From: Sphagnum compactum
Lineage: Eukaryota
Assembly (NCBI GenBank): GCA_965153455.1
Contig: OZ234493.1
Location: forward strand, 3,162,001 to 3,226,000
Reading direction: 5' to 3'
DNA length: 64,000 nucleotides
In this document: positions 42,535 to 54,300 of the stretch, one piece after another
Layout: each line of letters begins with the position of its first letter
Numbering within the stretch: position 1 is the stretch's first letter
Position numbers and translations under genes: made by a program
The notes under the pieces: generated by a model
What the model was told of the DNA's origin: nothing
Database searches by the model: none
Seen by the model: only the letters and a program-made list of their open reading frames with translations

Positions 42535-43691
42535 ATGGCTGCCGCTACAGCATGTGCCTCCTCAGCTACATTCGCCGGACAGACGGTGTTGAAGCAGGCG
42601 TCGGAATTGGCAAGCAAAGTCGGTAGCAGTGAGTCTCGCCTGCAGATGCGTGGCTCCAAGGCTAAAGCCTCCAGCAGTAGCATCTGGTCAGTACTACTCT
42701 TGACAAGCTGTAGGCCCTGATGTTAGTCGAGTATTATTGCTTTGTTAAAGCGTATTGCAAATTTCCTCATATGGTTGCAGCTCATGTTGGTGAAGGTCCT
42801 GCAGTTGGCTTTTTTCCTTTTTTTGGGGGGTGGGTTTTGTTTGGTGTGTAGCTAGCTGCACAATGCCAGCAGCAGCACAACTAGTTCTTGATCTGCCGCC
42901 AATCTAGTCGAATGCAGAAGGTGTCAAATGCTGTTATGTGTTGGAAGTACTGGAAACTGGTTGCACCGCATTCTGATTCTCGTGTCAGGATATTTTGTAC
43001 TGAGCTCGTGATGGACTCGATCTCTGTGCTGTGACGCAGGTATGGTGCTGATCGTCCCAAGTACTTGGGCCCATTCTCTGGCGAGACACCCTCATACTTG
43101 ACTGGTGAGTTTGCCGGAGACTATGGCTGGGACACCGCTGGACTCTCCGCTGATCCCGAGACCTTCGCAAGGAACAGGGAGTTGGAGGTCATCCATGCAC
43201 GTTGGGCAATGCTTGGAGCTTTGGGTTGCGTCACACCGGAGCTGCTGGCGAAGAATGGCACTAAGTTCGGGGAGGCAGTATGGTTCAAGGCAGGATCTCA
43301 GATCTTCGCTGACGGCGGCCTAGACTACTTGGGCAATCCATCTCTGGTACACGCCCAGAGCATTCTCGCCATCTGGGCTTCTCAGGTAGTATTGATGGGA
43401 GCAGTGGAGGGATACCGTGTTGCAGGAGGACCATTGGGAGATGTGAGTGACCCAATCTATCCAGGAGGCTCATTCGACCCCTTGGGCTTAGCTGACGATC
43501 CTGATACATTCTCGGAACTGAAGGTGAAGGAGCTGAAAAACGGCCGCCTTGCCATGTTCTCCATGTTCGGCTTCTTCGTGCAGGCCATCGTCACCGGCAA
43601 AGGACCACTGGAGAATCTGAGCGACCATTTGGCAGATCCCGTCACCAACAACGCCTGGGCTTATGCAACCAACTTCACCCCCGGCTCATAG
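42535..43691 (+). CDS. Lhcbm: Major light-harvesting chlorophyll a/b-binding protein of PSII (LHCII, Lhcb1/2-like). Exons 42535-42686 and 43040-43691
   Basis: Transit peptide [16 protein letters not shown]...; a GT-AG intron splits the W codon of [12 protein letters not shown]; core motifs [51 protein letters not shown]. Confidence 0.97.
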
Positions 43692-44233
43692 ATATCCAGA
43701 TCTTCAAAAGCTTACGAGTACCAACAGAGTAGATACCATGTTGCTGCTGTTGCTGCAGCAGAACATTTGGCCATGAAAATGTACATTACAGTTTCCTGGC
43801 ATTGTTGAGCTCGGAAAAGAAAAACAAAAACAAAAACAGCATACTCTTGACTTTGTCCATTGCCATCACTCCTCCTCTGCTTTCTTTCTTGCCAGTTCTT
43901 TCTTAAACCACATCTAACCTTAAACCCTAAACCTTGCATCTAAGCATGCTAGATTAATCTAGCAATCTACTACTTAACTGCAAATTACTGGGTGTAACAA
44001 AATGAAGATCATTGTATGCATCTGGAATACAAAAGTGCTAACACTACATACAAAACCTTTTGTATCTTTGCAGCAGAGCAAACAATTATAAGACTTAATC
44101 AAAATGAAAGGTTAGGGTTTAGGGTTTGCAACCCTTGTCTTGGTGTTCTCTCTCCTTTTCCAATGCAAAGTTAGGGTTTAGGGTTTGCAACCCTTTCTTT
44201 TGCTGTTCTCACTCTATTTCCAAAGAAAGGAAC

Positions 44234-44644
44234 CAGTGTTGGGCGGGTATTTGATTTTTGACACAACAGCTGGTTTTGGAAGTTTAGAACAAATGCATTT
44301 GAAGAAGCCATCCAAACTAAGTCTCTGAAAATTTGTGCTGGGTAAAGACGAGGAGCTTGTGCAGTTGGGTGTATGTCTTTAATTAATACCTATCAAAAGC
44401 AGCCAGGGGTTTGTTTAATTGATGCCATTTCAAATAATAGGCAGGTCGGGGTTTTGGTGCAATGTTGGGTGGATATTTGATTTTTGAATAAAAACCCAAT
44501 CTGGGCATCTAAAATAGTTCTTTAATTAAAGAACCACTACCCTTAAGGTGAGATGGGTCTTTGAAATTTTGACCTCTAACTGTTATAATTAGTTTGATAC
44601 CCAACAGGAGTTTTGGTGTCAAAACTAATACCTGCCCAACATTG
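44234..44644. mobile_element. hAT-type MITE with 17-bp TIRs
   Basis: cagtgttgggcgggtat (44234) and atacctgcccaacattg (44628-44644), 2 mismatches; a second left-end copy lies at 44460. Confidence 0.75.
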
Positions 44645-46915
44645 GAAAGTACAAATGGGTCATAGGTCCCATGGATACGGGTTTGGTATATGAACCCTCA
44701 ATTGAAGACTCTAATTTTTTCATGAAATAATAATTCTAATTAGGGTTTTTTAATAATTGTTTTAATTTTGTGATGTAGCTGAAGTGGCAATCAGCCCTAA
44801 GATGATGTAGCCAGATTTGGCTACAGACTAGAAATGAAAGTAGAAAAAAAATCAGAATCCTTCTATATTCTTGGCTACCTACTGGAATTATCATAAAAAT
44901 CTGGTGATTTGGAAACTACTTTTTTTCAAATCTGACAAATTTGGGTCATTTTTTCCATGGAAAATTCTTTGTAAAGACCCAAATCATATTTTTCAAGTCG
45001 AAATTCAGCAAAAATTTTGCCAAAAAAAACACTGATTCTAACCATTGTTTGATTGTTCGCCAAAATCAATGAATGAACCCCAAAGCCTACCCTCAACCAT
45101 TGATTCTTCACCGGGTCTTTCATAAAACTTGTTGAGGTTTTTATGCTAAAACATTTTGAAAACCCGGAATTGTAGGATACAAACAAAATCAAACAACCCT
45201 CCCTCTCCGCCCCCTCCTCCCCCCCCTCCCCCCCCAAACACTACTTTCAAGTCTCTTGGCATGCTACTAGGTACCTTACCCTAATACAACTACCTACTTG
45301 TCTAAGGTCTCCAAACTTTAATATGAAGGTATATATTGCAATCCATATCATATAAATGAAATTAGACACATGCAACTCTTATTTGACAAAACCATAATTA
45401 CAAACTATATGATTGAGCAAGATGATATAGACCTAATTATAGCTCCACTTTGGCTAACATCATCACCAATTTTAGAAAGGCAATCTATGCACATGTGATT
45501 ATGACTTTCTCTCTTCATGGAGAATTAGCTTTCACAAACTATACTCTAATGTTGCGTAATCTAACCTACCTAATAACAAATTACATATTCTTGAACACAC
45601 CCAATAGTGTTGAACACCAGGATACATGTCATCTAGGACATTGCATTAGCACACTTTATATGACATCTCTAGTAACTTTTGTTTATTAGCGAGCATTAAT
45701 TATTTTTGTTAGTAGAAGGAAGTCATTCAAAGTTAAGTGGGGAAGAAGCTACTTGCTTTCCCCTTAGTGTTGAGTGGAACAATCCTTTTCAAGATCAATC
45801 CAGCACATCTTAACGTTTTTACATTTATTCAAAAACCCGAAAAGAAAATTCGATTGCACATTCTAAAAAATACATTAAATTCATGCAAGAATATTCAATT
45901 TTGACTTTACTGGGGATGCAAAATTTGTAAAGCTAACCATAGCACCTGGGCAGCTTCGGCATAAACTTAATTATTTTTTATTTTGCAAATTTTTTGAAAA
46001 AAAATCAGCACCTTGTAGCAAAACTTTGAAAAATTCAGTCAAAAACCTTAACCTTGTCCAACTAAGTAATACTTAATGTGACCCATCTAACGGTTAACCA
46101 TAACGACAGCAAGAAAGTTTTGAATTTTTTTTTTGATTTTATTATGTATATTCCTTAATTGTCAAAAAAATTCAGAATTACAAATTCAAGTACCGAATTA
46201 GAAATTTAAAATTATATTAAATTATTTCGCACACAAATGCTAAAGCTGCCTATGTACTAGGTACTCAATTAGGCTGAAGCAAGCCAACAAATCAACCAAA
46301 CAACCAGCCCGAGGTTGATAATGGACAAAGGGAATAATGGATTCATCTAAACAAGTGGCCCAGCATTTCCAAAGACTACTCAGACATACCCAATATTTTG
46401 AGTCCTTCTAAGGAGTCCCAAATTTTGAGAGTCAAATCTAGATGAGTACGTTGTGCATAAATTGAATATTCATTGTGTCACTTGAAAATTCCCAGAAAAG
46501 GTCTAAAATCTTGAGCTCAAGTGGTTGAACTACATGCATTTCTTGATAATTATGTTCGTTGAAAATGCCAATATAAAAAATGTTGGAAAGAATCTTGACC
46601 ATTCATAGGAAAAATTGGCCATGCAATTATTAAGTGTTCAAATGTCATCATCTAAACAACATTTGAAAACTATAAAATGAAGTCCTAAAGTAATAGGGTC
46701 GCATTTCCAAGTCCATTACATTCCCAAGAATTTCGAAAGTGAATCACAAGAGATTTTTTTTTTAAATTAAAGTTTTTAGTTTTGACATAACCCCCATGAA
46801 TATTTCTAAAGTAAATTGTTGAAGAGTGTAGTGTTTTCTATAAAGGTCCCACCTGTTTACTATTTACAATTTTACGTCCGTTTGGGACCAAAGAATCCAT
46901 TAGACGAAAGGTAGA

Positions 46916-49900
46916 TCATGGAGGACAAATTGTCCTCTGGTACTGGCAGCATGCCACAAACTTGGCCAAGGTGACCGTGTTTGTAGTCTGCATGAGCTTA
47001 GCAAGAGTGCTAGTGTGGGTGAAAGGCAGGGCCGAACAAAAACGTTCCCTAACTTTCTGTGTATTTGGACAAACAAGAAGCAAATGTTCTTCATCCTCAA
47101 CCTTCCCCAAATCGCAGCCTCGACAAAGTCTCTCTGCGTATGGCTGAACGCAGCTGATGTCACACAAGTAGCTTTCACTCTTGTACAACATACCCTTGAA
47201 GCGCAAGTATTTTGTTTACACGCTGGTCTTGATCTCACGGTTGGTAAAGAGATTTTCAATGTAAGCCAGTCGCATATTATCTTTCACCCTTTTTACACTC
47301 AATATTGTGTGGGGAAAACCTAGAGGGGATGGGGCCCCAGCCTCCTGGTTAATCGGGCCTCCTATCGTAGATCTAGCACCAACCGGTTGCACTAGTTGTA
47401 ACGCGGCCAGCCGAGCCATCTGAACTCCCACCCATACGTTGTGCGCATTGCACCAAAGTACTTGGCTCTCCGCCCTGCCTCTCACCCTTGCTAGACAAGT
47501 CGGGTGTATGTGTGTTGTCGTAAGAGCCGTTCCCAGCGGCGGTTGAGCAGTCCTCACTTGGAACACATGGGTCGTTGCAGGTTTAGGCGTCGTTTCCAAC
47601 AATGGTTGAACCGGAGGCAGAAGACCTGCCACCTCCTGGGGCTGATTCTTGAGTAGCCATTTTTTCACAGATATAGCCCAACAGTTCTTTCCTGCAGCAA
47701 GCATAGCGAGTTGGGCTTCCCATGCCTTGCCCAAGATGCGGTCTTTAGTGACCGTGCTCACGCAGTCATAGTATAACAGCGCTTGTCCCCATGCAAAGTG
47801 TTCAAAGGGGAATTTGCCAAATTCTGCCAACACAATGGACATGCTAGTTGTTTTTCGCACCCCGAGCAAGGACTTGAAGAACCCTCGGTACACTACTTCA
47901 ATAGCCTCTATTTTCTTGGAGTCCACCCAAACCTCACAGGCATAACTTGTTGTGGAACGCACCAACATGTTGAAGAGGTCACAGCATAACTGGACGTCCA
48001 TAATACGTAGCTCCGCACAACGGCAGTTCAATGTGGACAGCGAGCGCCTATTATTAACTGCTAAGTTCCACTACACTATCCATGTTCAGGGTGCTCTCGA
48101 ATAGGATCCCCAGGTATTTAAAGGTCTGCACACGCTCAATAGCATCACCTTCAAACACAAACTCTTGGCATGGGTCAGTAGAGTTGAACACCATGACTTT
48201 TGTTTTTTTCACGTTCACTATAAGTCTACGTTCAGCACAAAACTGATGGAACGCCATTAACTGGTGCTGCAGTCATACCTCTGACTTCGACGTCAAAGCA
48301 AGGTCATCTACAAAAGCAACGGCCATACGTGCACATTTGTTAGGGTCGGTGCATCGCATTCTCTACCGTCCAAGCGCCCCTCCAGGGCATCCAAATATAG
48401 CCCAAACAGTAGGGCCGGTTGAGAGGGCAACCTTGCTTCACACCTTGTTGGCACCTGAAGCTGGAGGTGACACCTTCGCTTGGTGGTTGATGCATACGGT
48501 ATCCTTGGTATACATCGCCTGTAGGCATCGCAAGAAGCGTCCCTCCACCCCAAGGCTAGCCAACACCTCCCACATCACTTCACGCGACACAGTATCGAAC
48601 GTCTTTTTGAAATCCACAAAGCAACAATAGAGTGGCTTCTTTTTTGCCTTGCTCTGTTCTATCAGAGTTCGCAATATGAAGAGTTGGTCAGTAGTGCGGT
48701 AATCTTTCCGAAACCCATCTTGACCCTTAGCACGCAGCCCATGTTGTTTAGCCCACTTGCTCGGCCTTTTGTCAAGGATCATAGCAAACAGCTTTGCTAG
48801 GATAGGCCCAACAATTATCCCCCTGTAGTTGTCAAATTCGGAGGCATCGCCCCCTTTAAAGAGCGCGTGGACCACCCCAGTGGAAAAGGCTTCTGGAAAG
48901 CCTTCCGCCAGAAAGCAGTTCAACATTGTCAATAGTGGCATGCGTAGCAGCTCTCCCGCATCCAAAATGAACTCAGCTTTCATACCATCCAAACCAGCAA
49001 CCTTATTCTTTTGTAGTTTCTTCAGTGCCTGAAACGGCTCAACAAGTGTGATATTTGTGTTTAGGGTGTGGCTAGGTGGAGGTTCCGTCACCTGGGCTGA
49101 GTGATCAATTCGTAGCCGTATGGGTGGCAAAGATTGGCCAACTAGCCCGCGGAAGCCTTCCAAAAGCGTAGCTGCACTGATTTTGTCCACAACGAGTGCC
49201 TTTGGCCGGTACTTTTTCCAGAACGAGAGTGCATCCACCTTACCAAGCGTACACATATGTTGAGCTTTTGTAGTTTCCTAGAAAGTTCTTTTTTTTTTAA
49301 GTAAATTTTTGAGTTTACTTGCCTGATGTTTAGTGGCGTGCGAATTGGGGTTGGCTTTCAGCCAGAGCCTCAGCTCCCGCTTCGCTACACGGCAGTCAGC
49401 ATCAAACCAAGGTTTATGGCAATGTCGCATTCTGCAGTTCTTCTCGAAGGCTTGTTGCCAAAAGTAGACTCTGCTGCAGCACCCACGCACTGCTACAGTA
49501 GGTCAGCTAACCCGTCTGCCCCCAGATGCCCAATTGAGTCAGCACCGCATAGGTTTCCAAGATTCACTGCTAGGGCAAGCAGATATTCTTCAGCTTTTGA
49601 TTTATCATATTTGGACCTAGGTAAGAATTTTTTTGTTACAACTGTATGTTATGGCTCAACAAAACTACAATTGATGTTCAACCGTAGGCGTAACAGTCTG
49701 TGGTCAGAGTCTCCCCCCATCGCGCAATAGCGGGTGTCATCTATTATCACCTCGAGGTGTGTAGCAGCTTGCCAAATTGTAGGTGAGCCAACAATATAAT
49801 CAACAGTGTTATGCCCCCCATTTGCCAAGCAAATGAGTTCCCTTGATTCGTTGCCAGGTGTCCGGCCATTGAGGATGAGCAACCCAGCGTCACAACATAG

Positions 49901-50461
49901 GTCCAGGAGCTCGCGGCGCCAGCCACCAACACTGGCGTCGCGGTTCTGTCGCTTAACCACAACACTTGGTTGCTTAGTCTCAGCGAGCTCAGGCGCCTGT
50001 AACAGTTCACAAAGGTCGTTAGGGTCAATGGTATCTGGTAATGTTGCAGTTCGCGCATTAAAATCCCCTCCCAATAATACTATGCCCCCTAAAGTTTGAA
50101 CTTCAGCAATATCTGTTGCTAGATTTTGGAACAAGGATTCGCTCTCGTGTTTGGAGCCAACAGGGGCAGCATACACCACGCAGACATACAAGTCAAGGGC
50201 AGCACCCCTACTGACCCGTAGCCATAGATAAGAATCGTGGCTTCCTTCCTTCCACTATGACAGGTTTGGGCCGAGGTGGCCTGCGAAAGTAAGCATTAGT
50301 GCGCACTATCGCAAGTGAGTCAAACCCTTGGTAAATGTTGGCTTGGGAAGTGCCAGGTTTCGGTTAATAAGACAAGGTCAGCATCCTAAAATAGTTATAG
50401 TATTTGCACCCCCGTTTCCCAGTTTATTTACACCACCCCCGTGCATGTTCCATAATACCAT
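46916..50461 (-). pseudogene. LINE ORF2: APE endonuclease, reverse transcriptase and C-terminal CCHC finger, disrupted
   Basis: APE motifs LWNMHG, VVYAAP, LLGGDFNART, TVDYIV, DSDH. RT motifs AGLDG, NYRGI, QDGFRK, FVDFKKTFDTV, GVKQGCPL, FVDDL, FKYLG. C-terminal CRGC...EDEEHLLLVCP. Confidence 0.93.
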
Positions 50462-50488
50462 GCATAGGTCTCTCCGGGCCCCGTGGCT

Positions 50489-51340
50489 TTAGATAGAGGA
50501 GGGTGGGCAAATCCGAGTGTCGTTGATGAAGAGCTTGGCTGCGCACCAGAAGGCGTGCTTGCCTGCCGCCTTGGCCTCCTTGAACAGCGGCCACAGCTGC
50601 GACTAGAGCACCTGCTGCGCGGGCGTGAGGTCCTCATCTAGGCCTAGCTTGGTCCCTGCTAGGCTTTTGTGCCTTCATAGCGCGGCCCGACGGTCTTCAC
50701 TTGTTGCGAATTTGAACAGCACCGCACCACGACGTGCACCTGCCGTCGAGGTGGAGGCTCGCGCGGTCGCAGGTCGTTATCGCGTGGTGGCAACGACCTT
50801 GGTGCGCAGCCTCATTTGCCCTTGCAACAACTCTGTGTTGAGCCACTACACCAGCTCCTTCTCAATCTCGCCCTCCTTGGCCTCAGAGCTCGTGAAGCGC
50901 AAGTTGAAATTGCGCTCCTCGTGTTTGGGCGCGTCGGCCAAGGTCTCCACAACCCGGTTGACCACCTGGCGCATGTTCTTGGCCATCACTGTGGTCCACT
51001 TGGGCTCCTCCGCAGAAGCAGCCTTGGCTGTGACAGCCGTGGCCGCCTCGCGCTCCATTAGTTGGTTGACCGCAAGGTTGCCAACGGCCACAAGAGATGC
51101 AATGTTGTCAATGGCCACCTCCATCTTGGACAACCGTGCGTCAACAGATGAGCTGTCGGTCTTGAGGCCCATGACTAGCCAGTGCCTGGCTAGGGCTATC
51201 TGGTAGACCGCCAGGGGTGCATTGTCTAGAACATTGAACTCGGCATTGTTGCTGTACATCTTGGCAATGTCCTTCTTCAGCGTGAAAATGTCTGACGTTA
51301 CATTGAAAGGACACAGCAATATTGCGGCATCAAGTGCCAT
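50489..51340 (-). pseudogene. LINE ORF1 (coiled coil plus RRM/CTD-like), with premature stops
   Basis: Heptad-like segment (DARLSKMEVAIDNI), EERNFNLRF, AVLFKF, LGLDEDLTPAQ, typical of L1-transposase-like ORF1s; it directly precedes ORF2. Confidence 0.8.
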
Positions 51341-54300
51341 CGCGGAGTTTTTCAAATCTTAAACCCTAAACCAATGTCTATTTTTTAAAAAGGACGTAAA
51401 ATTGTAAACAGTAAATAGTAAGTAAAAAAACACATGGGTTTTAGCCCCCCCAAAAAAAAAAAGCGTCAGAAGTCAAAACCAAGAACCTGGAACTGTCCTT
51501 GCTGGCTGGTTGTCACAGGAGCTTTTGAAATCCACAACGTCCCCACTAGGCTGTCAACTAAGCATTCTAGATTTTGAAAGTTCAATGTGCAAAATGTGTT
51601 TTCTTGGAGGCAGATTACAGTGCAGAAAAATCATCTTTCTCGCAACGCTCACGCTTGACAAAGCTCGAAAATGGGAGCGATGGCGGTCGTAGTTGCGACT
51701 AGCGTCGTTAGTGGTTGTAGTACTGCTCCTTCTCTTCTCTGCTCTCCTTCTGCCGTTGCTTCTCGTGTCTGTGCTCCTGGTTCTGGTGTGATTACAAACA
51801 AAGCTCAGGCTATTTTTGGCGGTTGCTGTTTCACGAAGTCGAGACAGTTTTCTCAAAGCTTTGCACAACGATGGCTATGGCGATTCTGCACTTGCGACCA
51901 CAGCAGCAGCAACAGCAGCAACTCATGCACATTGTCTTTATTGCTTAATCATGGCTCATGGATGATGATGTCCCCCCAGCACTCAACAATAGGTCAAGAG
52001 AGGCTTTGCGAGCGCCAGTCCCCTTGAACTTTTCAGCCGCGCACGGGTGTGCACAAAGCTTCGCTACAGAGCTTCACGGATTCGTTCCTCGCGGGGACAG
52101 GCGCCGTCGGGGTTTGTTCGGCCTGAACTTCACGCGTCCTTGCGCACAAAACCCCACTCACGACGAAGCTCGAGCTTTGGGGTGCGCTAAGTGCACCGCC
52201 GAGGCCGAGCTTTAGTGTAGCGATGGCGTCTGCAACCCAAACCTGCAAACAAAAAAAGCAAGTAAAAAAAGCACCTCTATTAACTTGTGATACATCTTGG
52301 TTCAAATTAAACTATTTTTTTTCTTCATTTGTTTTAAGTAATGGTGTCAAAATATTATGTTAATTATGCATCCTAGGGCTCTTGTTGTTGAAACCCATTT
52401 GTAGATGACCTAATCAATCTACACTATCATAAATTGGTCATTTTTAGTGTTGGGTGGGTAATCAGATTGGTAGTTAAGAATCGATGATTTCAATTCCAAT
52501 TCCTTATCACTTAATTGGAAGCAGTTTGAAAGTATGGAACTAGGCTAGAATTGGAATCATCAACAAAAGAAATTGGGTCTTGGTTCTAGGTTGTTGTCAA
52601 AAGGAATCAAAATCATCATTTCAATTTTGTTTAATTTTTGTAACCGGAACCAAATTGGATTTCTTTTCAAATCCGAGTTCTAGTTCTTACTTAGTTTAGG
52701 GTGATTTCTCCTTTCTCCATCCCTCCCACTCACTTTTTCACACTTTTATAAAACTTTTTTATGCACCATAGGGCTTTCTTGCACATTGTAAAGCTTTTTA
52801 CTTTTTTTTCTTCCCTTTTACTTTTTTTTTCTTTCTTCGTTTCTTCTTTCTTGTTTTTTCTCTTGTTTCAATATTGAACAAGGAAGAGGAGGAGATCAAA
52901 CAATTATACTTCTAGTCAGAGCTCCTCATCAATTTCTTTGTCACCCTCATCTTTAGGTGAACAAGTTCACAAACTTTCTTGTTCTTGCTTGTTGAACATG
53001 GTTCCATGTGCATCATTGTTGATTGCTATGTGTGGATGCACTATTACAAAACCATGTCTTTTATGCCCCTAGCATTGTGATGACAATGACTAATATGGCT
53101 TGTCCAAAATCATTAGAGGAGGTTTTCTTTGTTTGTTTGGCCCCTTCCAAAAAGTAGGCATGTCTTATTTAACTAAGTTGACTAAAAAATTTAATCAAAT
53201 TGAATAGTGTTAGTTACATGTGAACTAAGTTATGCTTACATTATGTTGGTGCCTTATGTGGTGTGACTTTTTAGTCACTCTATGGCTGATTTGCCTTGTT
53301 ACATACTGTTAGATTTTAATTGTTGAGAATGTTATTTATGTACATATGTGCCAAATGTAAATGTGAAAGAATAAACATGTAGATAAATAGGTTGTAAATT
53401 AGTTATATATATATATATATATATAAGTTTAAGTTGGTAATAAGCAAGTATGGTTAAAACATGTAATAGAAGCCAATGGGATTATTTTATAAAAAGGATT
53501 GTGAGTCCTTCTTTAGTCTTTTTCATTTCTTCATATTAAGGAATTTTTGAATGAATTCTTTTGCAACTTGTTATAAAAAATATAAATAGGTTCTTTAGTA
53601 TGTCACATGTTTTGTGTTAGTCATTTTGAGTAAATATAATTTTTTTATTATGTGAATATTTTTCCAAATTGTACGTTTCATTTTTAAAAATAATCATAAT
53701 TTTGAATCATACCAAAATATGTTGACTATTTTTCGTTTTATTTTTTTAATCATAAGATAATTTTTTTTTACATGTCATGTAAATTATATCCCGTTTACAC
53801 ATGGTAAAAGATTAGTGAAATTTTGAGATCCTGAAACATTTTCTTGGTTTCTAAATGTATTTAATTGTTAGTGATTTTTTTGGTGTGGGTAATAGGTTAT
53901 TATTAATTTAAGTTTTTTTAAACAATTTTTTTATATTAAAAGAGTGTTTTACCCTAGTCCTTTGGAAAATTTACTACTTGTAACATAATTATTGTTCAAA
54001 TTCAAAAGTCATTTACTAAAACCAAAGCCAAAATTTTAATTTAATGAATTTTTAATTTGAAAACCTCAACATTTATATTAGTCATTAACACAACTTGGAA
54101 TGATTGACATAATTTTAAAATGTCAAAACAAAAACATATCTACAGTAATTTTAAAATGTCAAGGACTTCCAAGACCCTTTTTGGCTCCTAATAACATGTT
54201 TTGACCCAATAGGTAGGTAGTTTGTAAGTAAGTGTCATGTTTTCACCATCTACCTCGCTACCTAATACCAACCTTGAATCATGTTTATAATTATGTGAAC

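Larger units (their letters stand above)
46853..51418 (-). mobile_element. Near-full-length degenerate non-LTR retrotransposon (ORF1 plus APE-RT ORF2, RTEX/CR1-group-like) flanked by 27-bp inverted repeats
   Basis: GC-rich island with the ORF1 and ORF2 motifs listed in the next two entries, bounded by ctgtttactatttacaattttacgtcc and ggacgtaaaattgtaaacagtaaatag. Confidence 0.9.

Noticed and set aside
50625-51206. 193-aa plus-strand ORF
   Set aside because: Antisense to LINE ORF1 in GC-rich DNA.
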